The notes below the pieces were generated by a model. That model had not been told where the DNA came from. It ran no database searches and was given only the letters and a program-made list of their open reading frames with translations. Of a stretch of DNA of 64,000 bases, positions 50,801 to 64,000 are shown piece by piece. Each line of letters opens with the position of its first letter. The first letter of the stretch is position 1. Location of the stretch: the NCBI GenBank assembly GCA_964016885.1, contig OZ024742.1, positions 229,648,001 through 229,712,000 on the forward strand. The letters are read 5' to 3'. Origin of the DNA: Eledone cirrhosa (taxonomy: Eukaryota). A program made the translations under genes and the position numbers.

Positions 50801-51248
50801 AACCAAAATTAAATAGAAAAGATGAGTGGAACAGCAACATTACAACTTACAATTAAGGACAAAATGAAAACACACCCGCACATAGAACAAACAACCAACC
50901 AGTAACATGTTAATAAACAAATAAATAAACGAATATAAACACACACAGACACCCGGATGTGGTGCATGCGCAAACTGAGCACACAACACACACACAGAAA
51001 CAAGATGGTGTAGGACAGAACAAAGGAGAAGCACAAAAACAAAGAAAAGAATCCACAGTCACTGAAGAGGTCACAGAATGTGTGACGAAAGAACTTTGAC
51101 AATATATAAACAACCATCTGGTTGTGGAACCAACCAACCGGAAACTTATAAATTCCTAAATGTATAAATTTATTATAATAAATTGAAGTGAAACAACTGG
51201 TGCGTGTGTTTCTTATTGACAACATGACCCTCCCAAAGTATAACAATA
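47876..51248 (+). mobile_element. Penelope-like element (RT + C-terminal GIY-YIG + pLTR), disrupted ORF
   Basis: PPKYAT, KLRW, PTDKSG, LYGLRKDHK, TRPVC, SMDVGSMYPSI, QEEGAAIG, YSRYVDE, LPVLD, NVVY...FIGET; several stops and frameshifts. Confidence 0.95.
51058..51100 (+). ncRNA. Minimal hammerhead ribozyme in PLE 3' end
   Basis: GUCA-CUGAAGA-g-GUCACA gaaug UGUGAC-GAAA-G aa C-UU-UGAC; one extra G after the core; about 150 nt from the element end. Confidence 0.7.
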
Positions 51249-51454
51249 TCGGTTTCAACACACGTTTTCAGATAAAGAATCTTGCTAAACAAATTCAGAA
51301 ACGAAATATATATATTTAAATATATAGGAAAGACAAACGACTAGGCGTGAAGTATAGAATAGCAGTGAAGACTTTAATCAAAGTCCATTCTTTAACACTT
51401 GTTTAGATGATACACACTTTCATAATACATATATGCATATAAATTATATACATA

Positions 51455-51501
<47 letters not shown>

Positions 51502-51716
51502 GTTAAAAATGTATATCCACATATGTATACTGAAATACTAGTATGCATATGAATACACACACGTATACATATGTAGATGTACCGAGTTTTTCACTGGTCA
51601 CTTTACTGTGAGTGTCCAGCTATTCTGTATGTAAACACACAGACAAACCGGTTTTTAGAGTCATACTGGTTTTTGAGGAAACACCTTTCCTCTATTCTTC
51701 AGAAAGCCAGGCAAGG

Positions 51717-51761
51717 AATATTGAACTAGTTTCGATGTTGTTACATCTCATCAGCAATATT
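51717..51761 (-). ncRNA. Minimal type I hammerhead ribozyme (family C)
   Basis: AAUAUUG-CUGAUGA-GAUGU aaca ACAUC-GAAA-CUAG-UU-CAAUAUU. Confidence 0.93.
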
Positions 51762-52223
51762 TACCTATCTTCCGGCCTCTCTAGAGAATCGTAAAAGCAC
51801 ATATCGTTATATGCTTTTTCTATGAAAATTAGTAGTGGGCAGACTAATTTGCATAGAGCGTGAGTACGTACCGGTTCAACGGAGACGATAAAAACAAATA
51901 ACGAAACGAAATTAAATTTCGTTTCGTTTGTAACTCACTTTTGTATGACTGACGCTTAAACAATTAAGTTAAAAATGTACATCCACATATGTATACTGAA
52001 ATACTAGTATGCATATGAATATTGTTTAAGCGCCAGTCATACAAAAGTGAGTTACAAACGAAACGAAATTTAATTTCGTTTCGTTATTTGTTTTTATCGT
52101 CTCCGTTGAACCGGTACGTACTCACGCTCTATGCAAATTAGTCTGCCCACTACTAATTTTCATAGAAAAAGCATATAACGATATGTGCTTTTACGATTCT
52201 CTAGAGAGGCCGGAAGATAGGTA

Positions 52224-52268
52224 AATATTGCTGATGAGATTTAACAACATCGAAACTAGTTCAATATT
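52224..52268 (+). ncRNA. Minimal type I hammerhead ribozyme (family C, inverted arm)
   Basis: aatattg ctgatga gattt aaca acatc gaaa ctag tt caatatt; one stem II mismatch. Confidence 0.9.
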
Positions 52269-52556
52269 CCTTGCCTGGCTTTCTGAAGAATAGAGGAAAG
52301 GTGTTTCCTCAAAAACCAGTATGACTCTAAAAACCGGTTTGTCTGTGTGTTTACATACAGAATAGCTGGACACTCACAGTAAAGTGACCAGTGAAAAACT
52401 CGGTACATCTACATATGTATACGTGTGTGTATTCATATGCATACTAGTATTTCAGTATACATATGTGGATGTACATTTTTAACTTAATTGTTTAAGCGTC
52501 AGTCATACAAAAGTGAGTTACAAACGAAACGAAATTTAATTTCGTTTCGTTATTTG

Positions 52557-52657
<101 letters not shown>

Positions 52658-52761
52658 TTGTGTGTGTATTCGTGCATGCTTATATGCATCTGAAATATGT
52701 CGAAATATGTGTTAAAATTATGCGCGGTAGTATAAATAAAATAGCGCATAAATTAGTATGA

Positions 52762-53078
52762 AAGCACGTGGGTTAGTGATTGAGGTTCCTGACACTGTAT
52801 TTTCGGGCCATGAGTTCCATATCTGGTGGTGCGTTGTGTCGTTGAACAAGACACTTCATATTTCTCTCACACTGCTCCTATCGACTCAGCTTCCAAATAT
52901 TAATTGTACTTGCAATTGAATGAGCTAGGCATGTTACTCATTGAATCTACCTGAGAACACCTTCAAAGCTGTGCCTAGCTCTTGAATGCTCATATGTCTG
53001 CAGCTTAATTTAACAAACAGCTGTTCTGTTGACCGAACAAATTGAACACGCGTCGTCGTAATGGACGGAGATCCAACA
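52762..53078 (+). mobile_element. Degenerate SINE, second family
   Basis: tRNA-like head, gtgtcgttgaacaagacactt core, and a 3' gtcgtaa..gacggag motif also seen at about 63208. Confidence 0.5.
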
Positions 53079-53724
53079 CATATTTGAGTATATAAGCGTT
53101 ACATTATGTTAGCGATTAAAATTATGAAATGGTGGATAAACCACACCCTTGAATACATGTTTGTGCTTAGTCTTACAAATGCAGTTGTATACACTGCTGT
53201 TGTATAATTTACTGATAACGAAACACACATATTTAGTCAATACTGTATATATACTTCATTGTTTCACTCACGTCCGATTTCTATATTCTACCTGCAGGCT
53301 AGATTCCTTATCATTGGAAATAATTATCAGGAAATATCTTTATGAGAATTCAAAGATAATCGTCTTTCGATAAATTCTATATTGTCAACACTAGCTGTCG
53401 ATGCCAGTCAATAAAGTCCTATTATTGAATAAATACTTCCGAGTTTAAAATATTTCAAATCCTGTCATATCATAACCAGCATGAATAAATATGCTGTTAG
53501 TAGGTGAGATAATCACATATGCGTACATAGGAGAAACTACCGATGGGAATGTCTATATGGTTTCAGTAATGACACAAACACATATACAGATGTATTAGGA
53601 TTTTCACACTTCATACGATACAACATAGACATGAAAACGCACGCACATATGCACTTACATGTATCCTTATACATGTATACACACATGTATATCTTTATAT
53701 ACACACACATACACACACACGCAC

Positions 53725-53756
<32 letters not shown>

Positions 53757-53871
53757 ATATATGTATATATACATGTATATATACATGTATATATATATAC
53801 AAGTATATATATATATATACATGTATATATATATGTCCATTTGTTTGTGATCGAATCGTAAGAAAGTAGAA

Positions 53872-53925
<54 letters not shown>

Positions 53926-54062
53926 TGTATATGTATATATATATATATATAGTTATTCCGGGTTGAATCGGAGGTAACCACAGTAAGTAAGGTACTCAAT
54001 ACATAGCATTCTAAAGAATGAAACAGTTCTAGTCCTGTAGAATCTCATCTCTATCTCTCTCT

Positions 54063-54111
<49 letters not shown>

Positions 54112-54636
54112 GAATGCAAGCATATATGTATGCATGCATGTGGGTACGCAAGTATGTATATATGTTTGTAAGTATGTAGGTATGTATGAATATATGTATC
54201 TCTGTATGCATTTATGTTGTTAGGCAGTTATACACATATAACTATGCATACATGTATATATGTATGTATGTATGTATGTATCTATGGTGTATGTATGTGT
54301 GTATGGATACATGTATGTATGTTTAGGTAGATAGATACGTGGACAGGGCTGGTGACATTTTGAATACGAGTTTAATACAAACATGCTGCGATGGGATTAC
54401 AGCCGCCCTGTTTTTCAATGGAGACACAATGCATACAAGCGACTAATTCCAATCAGTATTAATTCTGTCCCTTTCTTTCCCCTCCACTCCCACCTCCTCC
54501 ACCACCTTTATATTATCTATTTTCCCACGCCCCTCCCCACGGTCACTGCCCCATTGTAGTCATAGCCATTGACAAAACAAACATCTCCGACAGCAACAAC
54601 AGTAGAAATTACATCTTCTGGTGATAGGCCATCAGC

Positions 54637-57050
54637 CATACACACACATACATATTTACGTAAACACACGCATACATACACATGCAGACACATACACATA
54701 TACAGAGAAGCACATATGCATACAGAGACGTTCAGATAAACACACACACACATACACATTCACAGAATCACACGCACACATATACACACGCATACATACA
54801 CATGCACACATATACACATACATACAGAGAAGCACATATGCATACAGAGACGTTCAGATAAACACACACACACACATACACATTCACACAAACACACGTA
54901 CACATATACACACGCATACATACACATGCAGACATATACACATATACAGAGAAGCACATATGCATACAGAGACGTTCAGATAAACACACACACACACATA
55001 CACATTCACAGAATCACGCGCACACATATACACACGCATACATACACATGCACACATATACACATAAATACAGAGAAGCACATATGCATACAGAGACGTT
55101 CAGATAAACACACACATACACATTCACAGAATCACGCGCACACATATACACACGCATACATACACATGCACACATATACACATAAATATAGAGAAGCACA
55201 TATGCATACAGAGACGTTCAGATAAACACACACACACACATACACATTCACAGAATCACACGTACACATTTACACACGCATACATACACATGCACACATA
55301 TACACATAAATACAGAGAAGCACATATGCATACAGAGACGTTCAGATAAACACACACACACATACACATTCACAGAATCACACGCACACATATACACACG
55401 CATACATACACATGCAGACATATACACATATACAGAGAAGCACATATGCATACAGAGACGTTCAGATAAACACACACACACACACACACATACACATTCA
55501 CACAAACACACGTACACATATACACACGCATACATACACATGCAGACACATACACATATACAGAGAAGCACATATGCATACAGAGACGTTCAGATAAACA
55601 CACACACACACATACACATTCACAGAATCACGCGCACACATATACACACGCATACATACACATGCACACATATACACATAAATACAGAGAAGCACATATG
55701 CATACAGAGACGTTCAGATAAACACACACATACACATTCACAGAATCACGCGCACACATATACACACGCATACATACACATGCACACATATACACATAAA
55801 TATAGAGAAGCACATATGCATACAGAGACGTTCAGATAAACACACACACACACATACACATTCACAGAATCACACGTACACATTTACACACGCATACATA
55901 CACATGCACACATATACACATAAATACAGAGAAGCACATATGCATACAGAGACGTTCAGATAAACACACACACACATACACATTCACAGAATCACACGCA
56001 CACATATACACACGCATACATACACATGCAGACATATACACATATACAGAGAAGCACATATGCATACAGAGACGTTCAGATAAACACACACACACACACA
56101 CACATACACATTCACACAAACACACGTACACATATACACACGCATACATACACATGCACACATATACACATACAGAGAAGCACATATACATACAGAGACG
56201 TTCAGATAAACACACACACATACACATTCATACAAACACACGTACACATATACACACGCATACATACACATGCACACATATACACATAAATACAGAGAAG
56301 CACATATGCATACAGAGACGTTCAGATAAACACACACACACATACACATTCACAGAATCACACGCACACATATACACACGCATACATACACATGCACACA
56401 TATACACATAAATACAGAGAAGCACATATGCATACTGACACATTCAGATACACATACACACACATACACATTCACATGAACGCACGCATACATACACATG
56501 CACACATATACATGCACACATATACACACATACACATTCACATAAACACACGCACACATATACACACGCTTACATACATGCACACATATTCATATAGAGA
56601 TATTCAAATACATATAACACATACACATTCACATAAACAAACGCATACATACACATGCACATATATACACATAAATACATATGCATACAGACACATTTAG
56701 ATACACACACACATACACATTCACATAAACACACGTATACATACACAAGCACACATATACACATATGTACAGAGAAGCACAAATGTATACTGACATGTTC
56801 AGATACACATACACACATACACATTCTTCACATAAACACATGCATACATACACAAGCACACATATACACATACATATAGACACACGCATATATACACATG
56901 CACACAGAAATACAGAGAAGCACATATGCTTACAGATACATTCAGATACATATACACACACATACACATACATATAGACAGGCATACACACATATACACA
57001 CGCATACACTCATATATACACACACATATATGCCCACACACATATACATA
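54637..57050. repeat. About 122-bp CA-rich minisatellite, about 14 regular units plus degenerate tail
   Basis: Recurring cagagaagcacatatgcatacagagacgttcagataaa anchor. Confidence 0.95.
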
Positions 57051-57517
57051 CAGATGGTAGATTCACCTCCGCTATATATAATACCATAGGCACCATAAAA
57101 GATACCAACCAAATCTGCTCCATCACATCTTCTGCACTCCCATCGAAGCAGTTCACAACCTGCCCTTCCCCTTCAAATCTATACCATACTACTACATGCT
57201 GTTCTCTTTCATTTATCTATTGAATTTCTTCGCTCCCTAACACGCACACTAACACGAGGACCACTCCTCTGCATATACGTATCTCACTTAAGTATGAATA
57301 TATACGTACATACATATATATATATATATATGTATCCGGGAGCTTCCAACAGTAATGGTTGCATTTTTTAAGGGTATGTCAATGATGTTTATTTATGAAA
57401 CTGATCTATATTGTATTTTGTCTGATGAAAGCACACCATAATTTAACGTGGTGTCCTTGAAATATGTATAATAAAATAAATATGGTTTTATAAATATAGT
57501 TTCCATTTGTTAATATC

Positions 57518-57593
<76 letters not shown>

Positions 57594-57594
<1 letters not shown>

Positions 57595-57797
57595 ACGAAG
57601 GAGTTGTGGTAAGGGACCAGATGGCCCATAACGCTCCAGAGTACTCAATAGTTAGGGTAGTAGAGTGGGTAATAGCAGAAAGTATAACCCCGACGGCAGA
57701 GCACAAGCCGTTTCGACGGCTATTTCTGGACTAAAGTAGTCCAGAAATAGTCGTCGATACGGCTTGAGCTCTGCCGTCGAGGTCATATTTTCTCCTA
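57594..57797. repeat. Family P palindromic element, most complete copy
   Basis: Unique arm plus about 60-bp imperfect inverted arms centred on ggacta-aag-tagtcc; (TA)n on both sides. Confidence 0.82.
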
Positions 57798-57944
57798 TAT
57801 ATATATACATACATATACACACATACATATACATACATATATGCACACATAAATACAGACACAGACACACACAAACATACGCACACACACACACTCACAC
57901 ACACATTTATGTACATATAATCTCATGTTTGTATTACGGCAATT

Positions 57945-58260
57945 GACACACTTTCTGCAGCCGCAACCTGGTGCAGTCTGCGACTAACCCAGGTTCTATT
58001 GCACGTCGGGCTGAGGAGGCCAAACTCTTCAAATACCGGTCCCTCTCCGAGTTGTTTGTGGTTGTACCCTTAGCAGTGGAGACTTGTGGTATCCTCGGCC
58101 TAGGGCTACCTCCCTACTCACTACCATAGGCGCTGAGCTGGCCAGCCGCAGGTGTGAGCCCCGTGAATTGGATTGGCTTTTCCAGCGCGTTTCCCCTACC
58201 GTCCTTCGGGGAAACGCCTTCTCTATTCTGTCCGCCCGGGCTGTGGGGAGCCCACCAATA
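57945..58260 (+). mobile_element. 3' fragment of the CRE-like element at 26140-28500
   Basis: High similarity to 28170-28490 (DTFCSRNLVQSA...AFSILSA). Confidence 0.9.
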
Positions 58261-59237
58261 TGATTGACTGACTAGTCATTTTATCAGTCAGATGTCTCTA
58301 GACCCGTTGCGTCATTACATATACTCATGGATTATCAATTGACACTGTTTTTCTATCAGCCTATTGCTATTATATTTAAATCTCTCCATTATATTTTCTA
58401 AACGCCGTTTGTCTATTGTTGTTCACCTTAATAAAGGCATTCCTTTTAATAGATAATTAGAAAACGATATGTATAACATGACAAAGACCCATTATTTCGA
58501 GAAACAGCAATGTCATGACCATTGAGTATGTGAAAGTCCGTGGGACTAACGTTCTAATATGTCAGGTTCTATCTCTGAACCGCGTGCTACTTTTAATTCC
58601 TGATCAGCGCATCTCATTTCAGGTTCCTCCCGGTCCAAGCATGTTCCAAAAAAGAGATAGTGACCAGTAGCATCAGCTAGGCATTTAACAGTAACAATGC
58701 TAGTGTACCAATATTCCTCTCAGTGACTTGGTGACTTCAGCTTTACTTGTGTGACATTTTTTGTATTAACAATGGATGTGAGCTACATGACTTGCTCTTG
58801 TGACCAATCTGCGCATATCACCTTCCCATTGACATACATTCAATAACTGTCACACAAGGAATAGCTCGTAAGGACAAGACTTTCTTGATTTTCCTATATT
58901 TTATGAAATGTTTCTAATCGAAATAATATGAAATATAGAAGAGAAAGTATTTTTTGTCACACTTAATTTACACAATTCTAGTCTCCCCCTTGTTTCCTAT
59001 TCGCATTCTACCGGCACTTTCAATAAATACTTAATTATAATCCCAAACGCAAAAATGAACAGTAGCCACAGTCGAATGTTGTAAACTATTGCTGAGGAAA
59101 GCGGGTAGAGTACCCTATAGACGGAGAAAAATGTGTCAGCTGTCGCTACGTACAATGGAACTCCATAATTCTTAAATAGTGGATCAGTGCATTAGCGTTT
59201 GATCTAAACGGTTTCTAAAAAGTAAGCCAGTCTAAAT

Positions 59238-59281
<44 letters not shown>

Positions 59282-59405
59282 GAGATTTTAAATATATATA
59301 TATACATATATATGTATTCTCTCTCTCTCTATATATATATATATAAAGAGAAAGCGAGAGAGAGAGATAAATCTCTCTCTCTCTGTCTATATATATATAT
59401 ATATA

Positions 59406-59510
59406 ACGAAGGAGTTGTAGTAAGGAACCAGGTGGACCATAACGCACTAGAGTACTCAGAAATAGGCGGCGATACGGCTTGAGCTCTGCCGTCGGGGTCA
59501 TACTTTTCCC
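59406..59510. repeat. Family P internally deleted copy
   Basis: Left end acgaaggagttg...gagtactca fused to right arm gaaataggcggcgatacggc...cttttccc. Confidence 0.8.
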
Positions 59511-59959
59511 TATATATATATATATATAGATATAGATATACACACATAAATATAAATATATATTGGCAACATGACCCTCCCAAAGTATAACAGTATATAT
59601 ATATATACATCTAAATATATATATATATATATTTATTTATTTATTTATATACAGCTTTGTATGCAAGCAACATTGTAAATATGAAATATATAAACGGTTG
59701 TTTAGATTTCAAATTCTGAGATTTGTGTATACTTATATACATACATATATAATATTATTCTAGTTGAAGACATTAATTAATTTCCTGTGTTCCTGAAGAA
59801 TATAGTCTTCTTTTGTCAGTTTTTAATGGTGTAGTCGAAATGTAGTCACAATTCTTAGTGTTACCCTGTGTAATTTTGCTAATTAACTTAACTTGTAGTT
59901 GAACAGAGGACTAGAACAACTAATGATAGATATTACCAGTCCTGTTTTAAGTATTTTTG

Positions 59960-60180
59960 CATGAGTTTGCTGTATCGGTAGAGCATCGGACAACATGCTT
60001 TATAAAATAGGTTTACCCCTCTTCAGGATCTGAGTCCCAATCCTGCCGAGGTTTGTTTTGCCTTTCATCCTTACGTGGTCGATAAAATAAAATACCAGTA
60101 ATGCACTGGGGTCTATTAAATCGACTTTCCCCTCTCCCAAAATTGTTAGCTTTGTTTCTAAATCAGAAACCAATATTATT
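59960..60180 (+). mobile_element. tRNA-derived SINE
   Basis: gccgaggtttgttttgcctttcatccttacgtggtcgataaa core. Confidence 0.72.
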
Positions 60181-61456
60181 TGAAAACGAGTCTTTTCCAA
60201 GTCTCTCTTATTCATTATATAGCGCGTTATGTGTATTATTCTTTTTGCATTAATGCTTCCTTCGAATTTTCTTTTCAGTTTAATGTTTTTCTAATCTGAA
60301 TTTCCTGTCGAGGCGGCGAATTGGCCGAATCTTTAGAACGTCGGTTAGGATGCTTTGCGTTATTCATCTTGCTACGGTCAAATTTGTTTTGCTCCTTTCG
60401 AGGTCGTTACATAAGTACCAGTTCTTTACTGAGGATGGTATGTTCTCTCCTTTGCCTTTCCCTCTCTCTCTCTTCTGGAAGAAATCGACGGTGTGATAGG
60501 CCCCACCAAGTTTAAATGCCCGAGATACGTAGCACGTTCCTACGACACCCCATAGACTCCATCAAGAGTTCTGGGCCGATGGTTGGGTGGCATGGAATTT
60601 CATCTGGTTTCCTTTGCAGAATACACGACATACTGTATTACAGCTTGATGTTAACAATATACAAGAGATGTATGGTTGTCATACCATACTATTTGTATCC
60701 AATTTCATTTGATAGGTCACTTGAAACTTTAGTTATCAGAATCTTAATGAAATGCGTTCTTTTGAAAATAAACAGGATTGGATGAATTTAGTAATATAAT
60801 AATTATTTTTTAAATTATCCATCTGGTGTTCTGAGCATAATTTTACAAAGGTTCTTATATTAAATTATGGCTGTTTTTTTTTTGTTGTTTTTTTAGGTAA
60901 ATATATAAACTTTATATTAAACAGTTTTGTACCCGAGAACCAGGGGGCGATTTCACGGGGTTTTCGTATCAATGAGGTTACGGGGCTAGAGCTAGGCAAA
61001 TCATTACTACTATGGTGGTATTTATACTTATAATTCCTTTTTTGTTTGTATTTTCAGAAATGTTTTGCGTTTACCTATGACGTGTGGCTTGTACTTAATT
61101 GAAATTAATGCTGATGATGATAGATCCTCAGTCAGTTTTAATGATGAACATTTAGTTGTTTGATTAACTGGATGTTCAATACGTGAAGTAAGTGTACATT
61201 ATTAAGTATTCACAATATGTGACAAAGATCGACCTGTGAATTAGGTTTACAATCAAAACAACGGGTTTCCATACAACCTCTGTCAAGTCATTTTAACTGA
61301 CAAGACTTTGGTGAACTCAAGTCTACGGTAAAGGCACTTACTAATGTTTCCACACACACATACACTAATAGTGATATTACACTCATACGCATACACACAC
61401 ACACGCACACACACGCACACACACGCACACACACACACACACACACACATACACAT

Positions 61457-61487
<31 letters not shown>

Positions 61488-63609
61488 CAAAGCACACGCA
61501 TATGATTCCGTTTTCACGTATGTATATGACTGAGTGTGTGTTTGCGTGTGTACGAATATCGATGTATGTGCCAGTTTGTACGTCTGCCTATGTCTGTGTG
61601 TTAGTTTGTGTTTGAGTGTATGTCTATGTGTTTATGTGTTTATGTGTGAATGATTGTGTCTGTGCGCCTGTGTGTGTGTGATTTTAACACTGCAAGTCAT
61701 GTGGATAAGTGTGTCTGGTGTCTTGACTGGGAAGTACGTTGAACCAGACATACACATGTTTTCTTGTTCTTCTCAGTCCTGAACACAGCTTTGTTTTTAG
61801 TATTAATGAAATATCAGTTAATTATATCAGACCGTATATTTATTGTAACTCAGTCCAATGACTTTATTTATTGAAGAAGCGAGCCAAAGTTTTCTACCAT
61901 ATAAATTGCACAAAAATATGTTGAAAACATTTTTATAAAACAAATGAAAACACACACACAAACAAACAAAACAATAGCTATTATTACTGCCTTTAGCAAT
62001 ATAACTTTTAGCTAATATTCCAGTAGGAATCGTGTTTTTTTCCTCTTTTAACACATCGTAACACACACTGATTTGTAACACATTGACATTTAATGGGTCT
62101 TTCTAAAAATAAAAAAATAAAAAAAATGTAATAGCATTCCGATCTAGGCAAATGAGTTTTTGTCATAAAATATTATTATTCCCTGCGATGTTATTAGGAG
62201 TTGTCTTACATATTATTTTATATTTATTTTATTTTACATTTACAAAAAAAAAAAAAAAAAATTGATAAAGTCTATTGCTTATACAGCATTACATGTATAA
62301 TTTCAGGTAAGCTAGCAGTAGGTATAGCTCGGAAACTACTTTCGGTTTCAGATTAAAGTGATTTATGTTATTGATATATAATCGTGTAAGCCGCTAGATG
62401 GTCGGACGGAATACTAATGATATTCGTCCGATTCTTTGGGCTCCGAGTTCAAATCCCATTGTGGAGTCGAACATTTCTTACTTTCTCTTTGACTCCTAAT
62501 TTTCTGCAAGAAATCCGCTGTATTCAGACCTAGAGACGAATGAGCTCCATTAGATTTAAATACCCAAGTCGGCCCTTTTAAGACACCACATGTAAAAAAA
62601 TCATATAATATTATTGATGCATGCATGGCAGGCAAGTTAAGATGTATAGGTCGCAATCGAGAATTCCTAGGCTAGATACTACTGCATGACTTCTTGTACC
62701 AGTGTTTTATACCTTAGTCTTTTGAGTGAAATTGAGCTGATGGAAATTGTGCGGATGATTAAAGGTACACGTAATTGTCGAATACTTAACCACTCGCGCT
62801 TTAATTCGTACGTCGGACGTTCAGTAGCTCAAACAGCTGCATATTCATCGCAGAAACCAGGGGAGGATCTATCATAACATAAATGTATATTTTAAGCATT
62901 TGAGCGAGTAAAAACCTTTTGTACCTCTAATTCAAAGTTTAGATGTTGTGTTACACTGATTCTGCTTGAGAATTATTTGAAGGTCTCATATGCTTGTTGT
63001 ACTTGTAGAATACTTAAAATTATATACACCTTAATACAAGTTGAATATACATGTAATTCAAAGTTCATCTGTGTCACATATTTTGTCATATTACTACTGC
63101 GTGAGAATTATTTAAGGTTAAGTGCAACGTGTCTGCAGAATAGTAAACCCCTTACACGTTAATTGCTGTTTCGGCCATTTAGTCGATCGAAAGATTAAAA
63201 GATTAACGTCGTAACCGACGGAGGATCTGTCTTAGAATTGTGATAAATATAAGAAAGATGCAACTTAGCCTTGTTCACTTCCGCTTAAGTACAGCATACC
63301 GAAGAATATCAAATGTGTGTCGTTTATAATGATAAACGTTTATGTTAGAGAGATAACCTGTTTTGCAGTGGATGGTGGATTAACAGAATCAGTTGATCCT
63401 CGGACAGAATAGTTTTTTTCAGATCTTTACCTACTAAGCTCAAATATCAACACTGGTCGACATTGAATTTCATTTCCTGAAGACTAGAAAATGAAGGAGT
63501 TCGATTTGCAGCCTAGTAGTTTCGAGTTCAGTGCAACTGTTCGACAATATAGGGAAGGCCGGACTGAAAAATTTACTTGAGAATTTTAATTCCGCGAAAG
63601 CACTATACA

Positions 63610-63758
63610 TATTTCGCTGACGTAGCCCTATTATCAGATTCTGAGTTCAAATCCCGCCGAGGTTAACTTTGCCTTTCATCCTTACGGGGTCGATAAATTA
63701 AAGTACCTGTAATGTACTGGTAATTGCTGGCCTTGTGCCTAAAGTATAAACAATTATC
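63610..63758 (+). mobile_element. tRNA-derived SINE
   Basis: ctgagttcaaatcccgccgaggttaactttgcctttcatccttacggggtcgataaa. Confidence 0.8.
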
Positions 63759-64000
63759 AGATGCATCACTAGCCGATTTCATCAAGTGGTATTTGCGAAA
63801 TTATATAATAGGTATACGTTGAACCCAAACAAAAAATAGAAAATAAAACATTGAAAATAGAAAAGAATGGACCGGTTGGATTCGGTGACAGCCTGCTAAT
63901 TCGTGATATATCAGTGGCAGGCGGTTCCACTCACTAGGCCATCAAAATATGCGGTATCAAAAGACTTAAGTAAATTTTTCAGTCCAGCCTCCTGTTTTTG

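Noticed and set aside
52283-52325. Second HHR-like motif in family C (CTGAAGA-ata-GAGGAAA/TTTCCTC-AAAA)
   Set aside because: Lacks GAAA, spacing is wrong and there is no stem I; at most a vestige.
59092-59142. CTGAGGA...GAAA...GTC
   Set aside because: Stems I-III cannot be paired.
63640-63660. tRNA gene suggested by the GTTCAAATCC B-box
   Set aside because: No cloverleaf; it is the head of a multicopy SINE.

Overview
AT-rich, microsatellite-saturated animal genomic DNA with no confidently intact host gene. The SINE and (TA)n/(CA)n content suggests a cephalopod such as Octopus, but this is inference. The window contains decayed retroelements: an L1/Tx1-type LINE, a CRE-type RLE element with a PHD-like finger and deleted RT core, RTE fragments, at least four Penelope-like elements (PLEs) and tRNA-derived SINEs. 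The main signal is non-coding. I can fold 21 type I hammerhead ribozyme (HHR) motifs by eye, belonging to about 8 families. Thirteen lie one per monomer in three ORF-less 430-550 bp repeat families that resemble non-LTR retrozymes. Two of these families share an octamer (ATGCAAAT) about 90-115 nt upstream of the ribozyme, and one array is nested in another. Six separate fold-back structures have the same polarity (3' ends pointing outward), which suggests mobilisation by a shared PLE-type machinery. All folding and alignment was done by eye, element boundaries are approximate, and no ribozyme activity is demonstrated.
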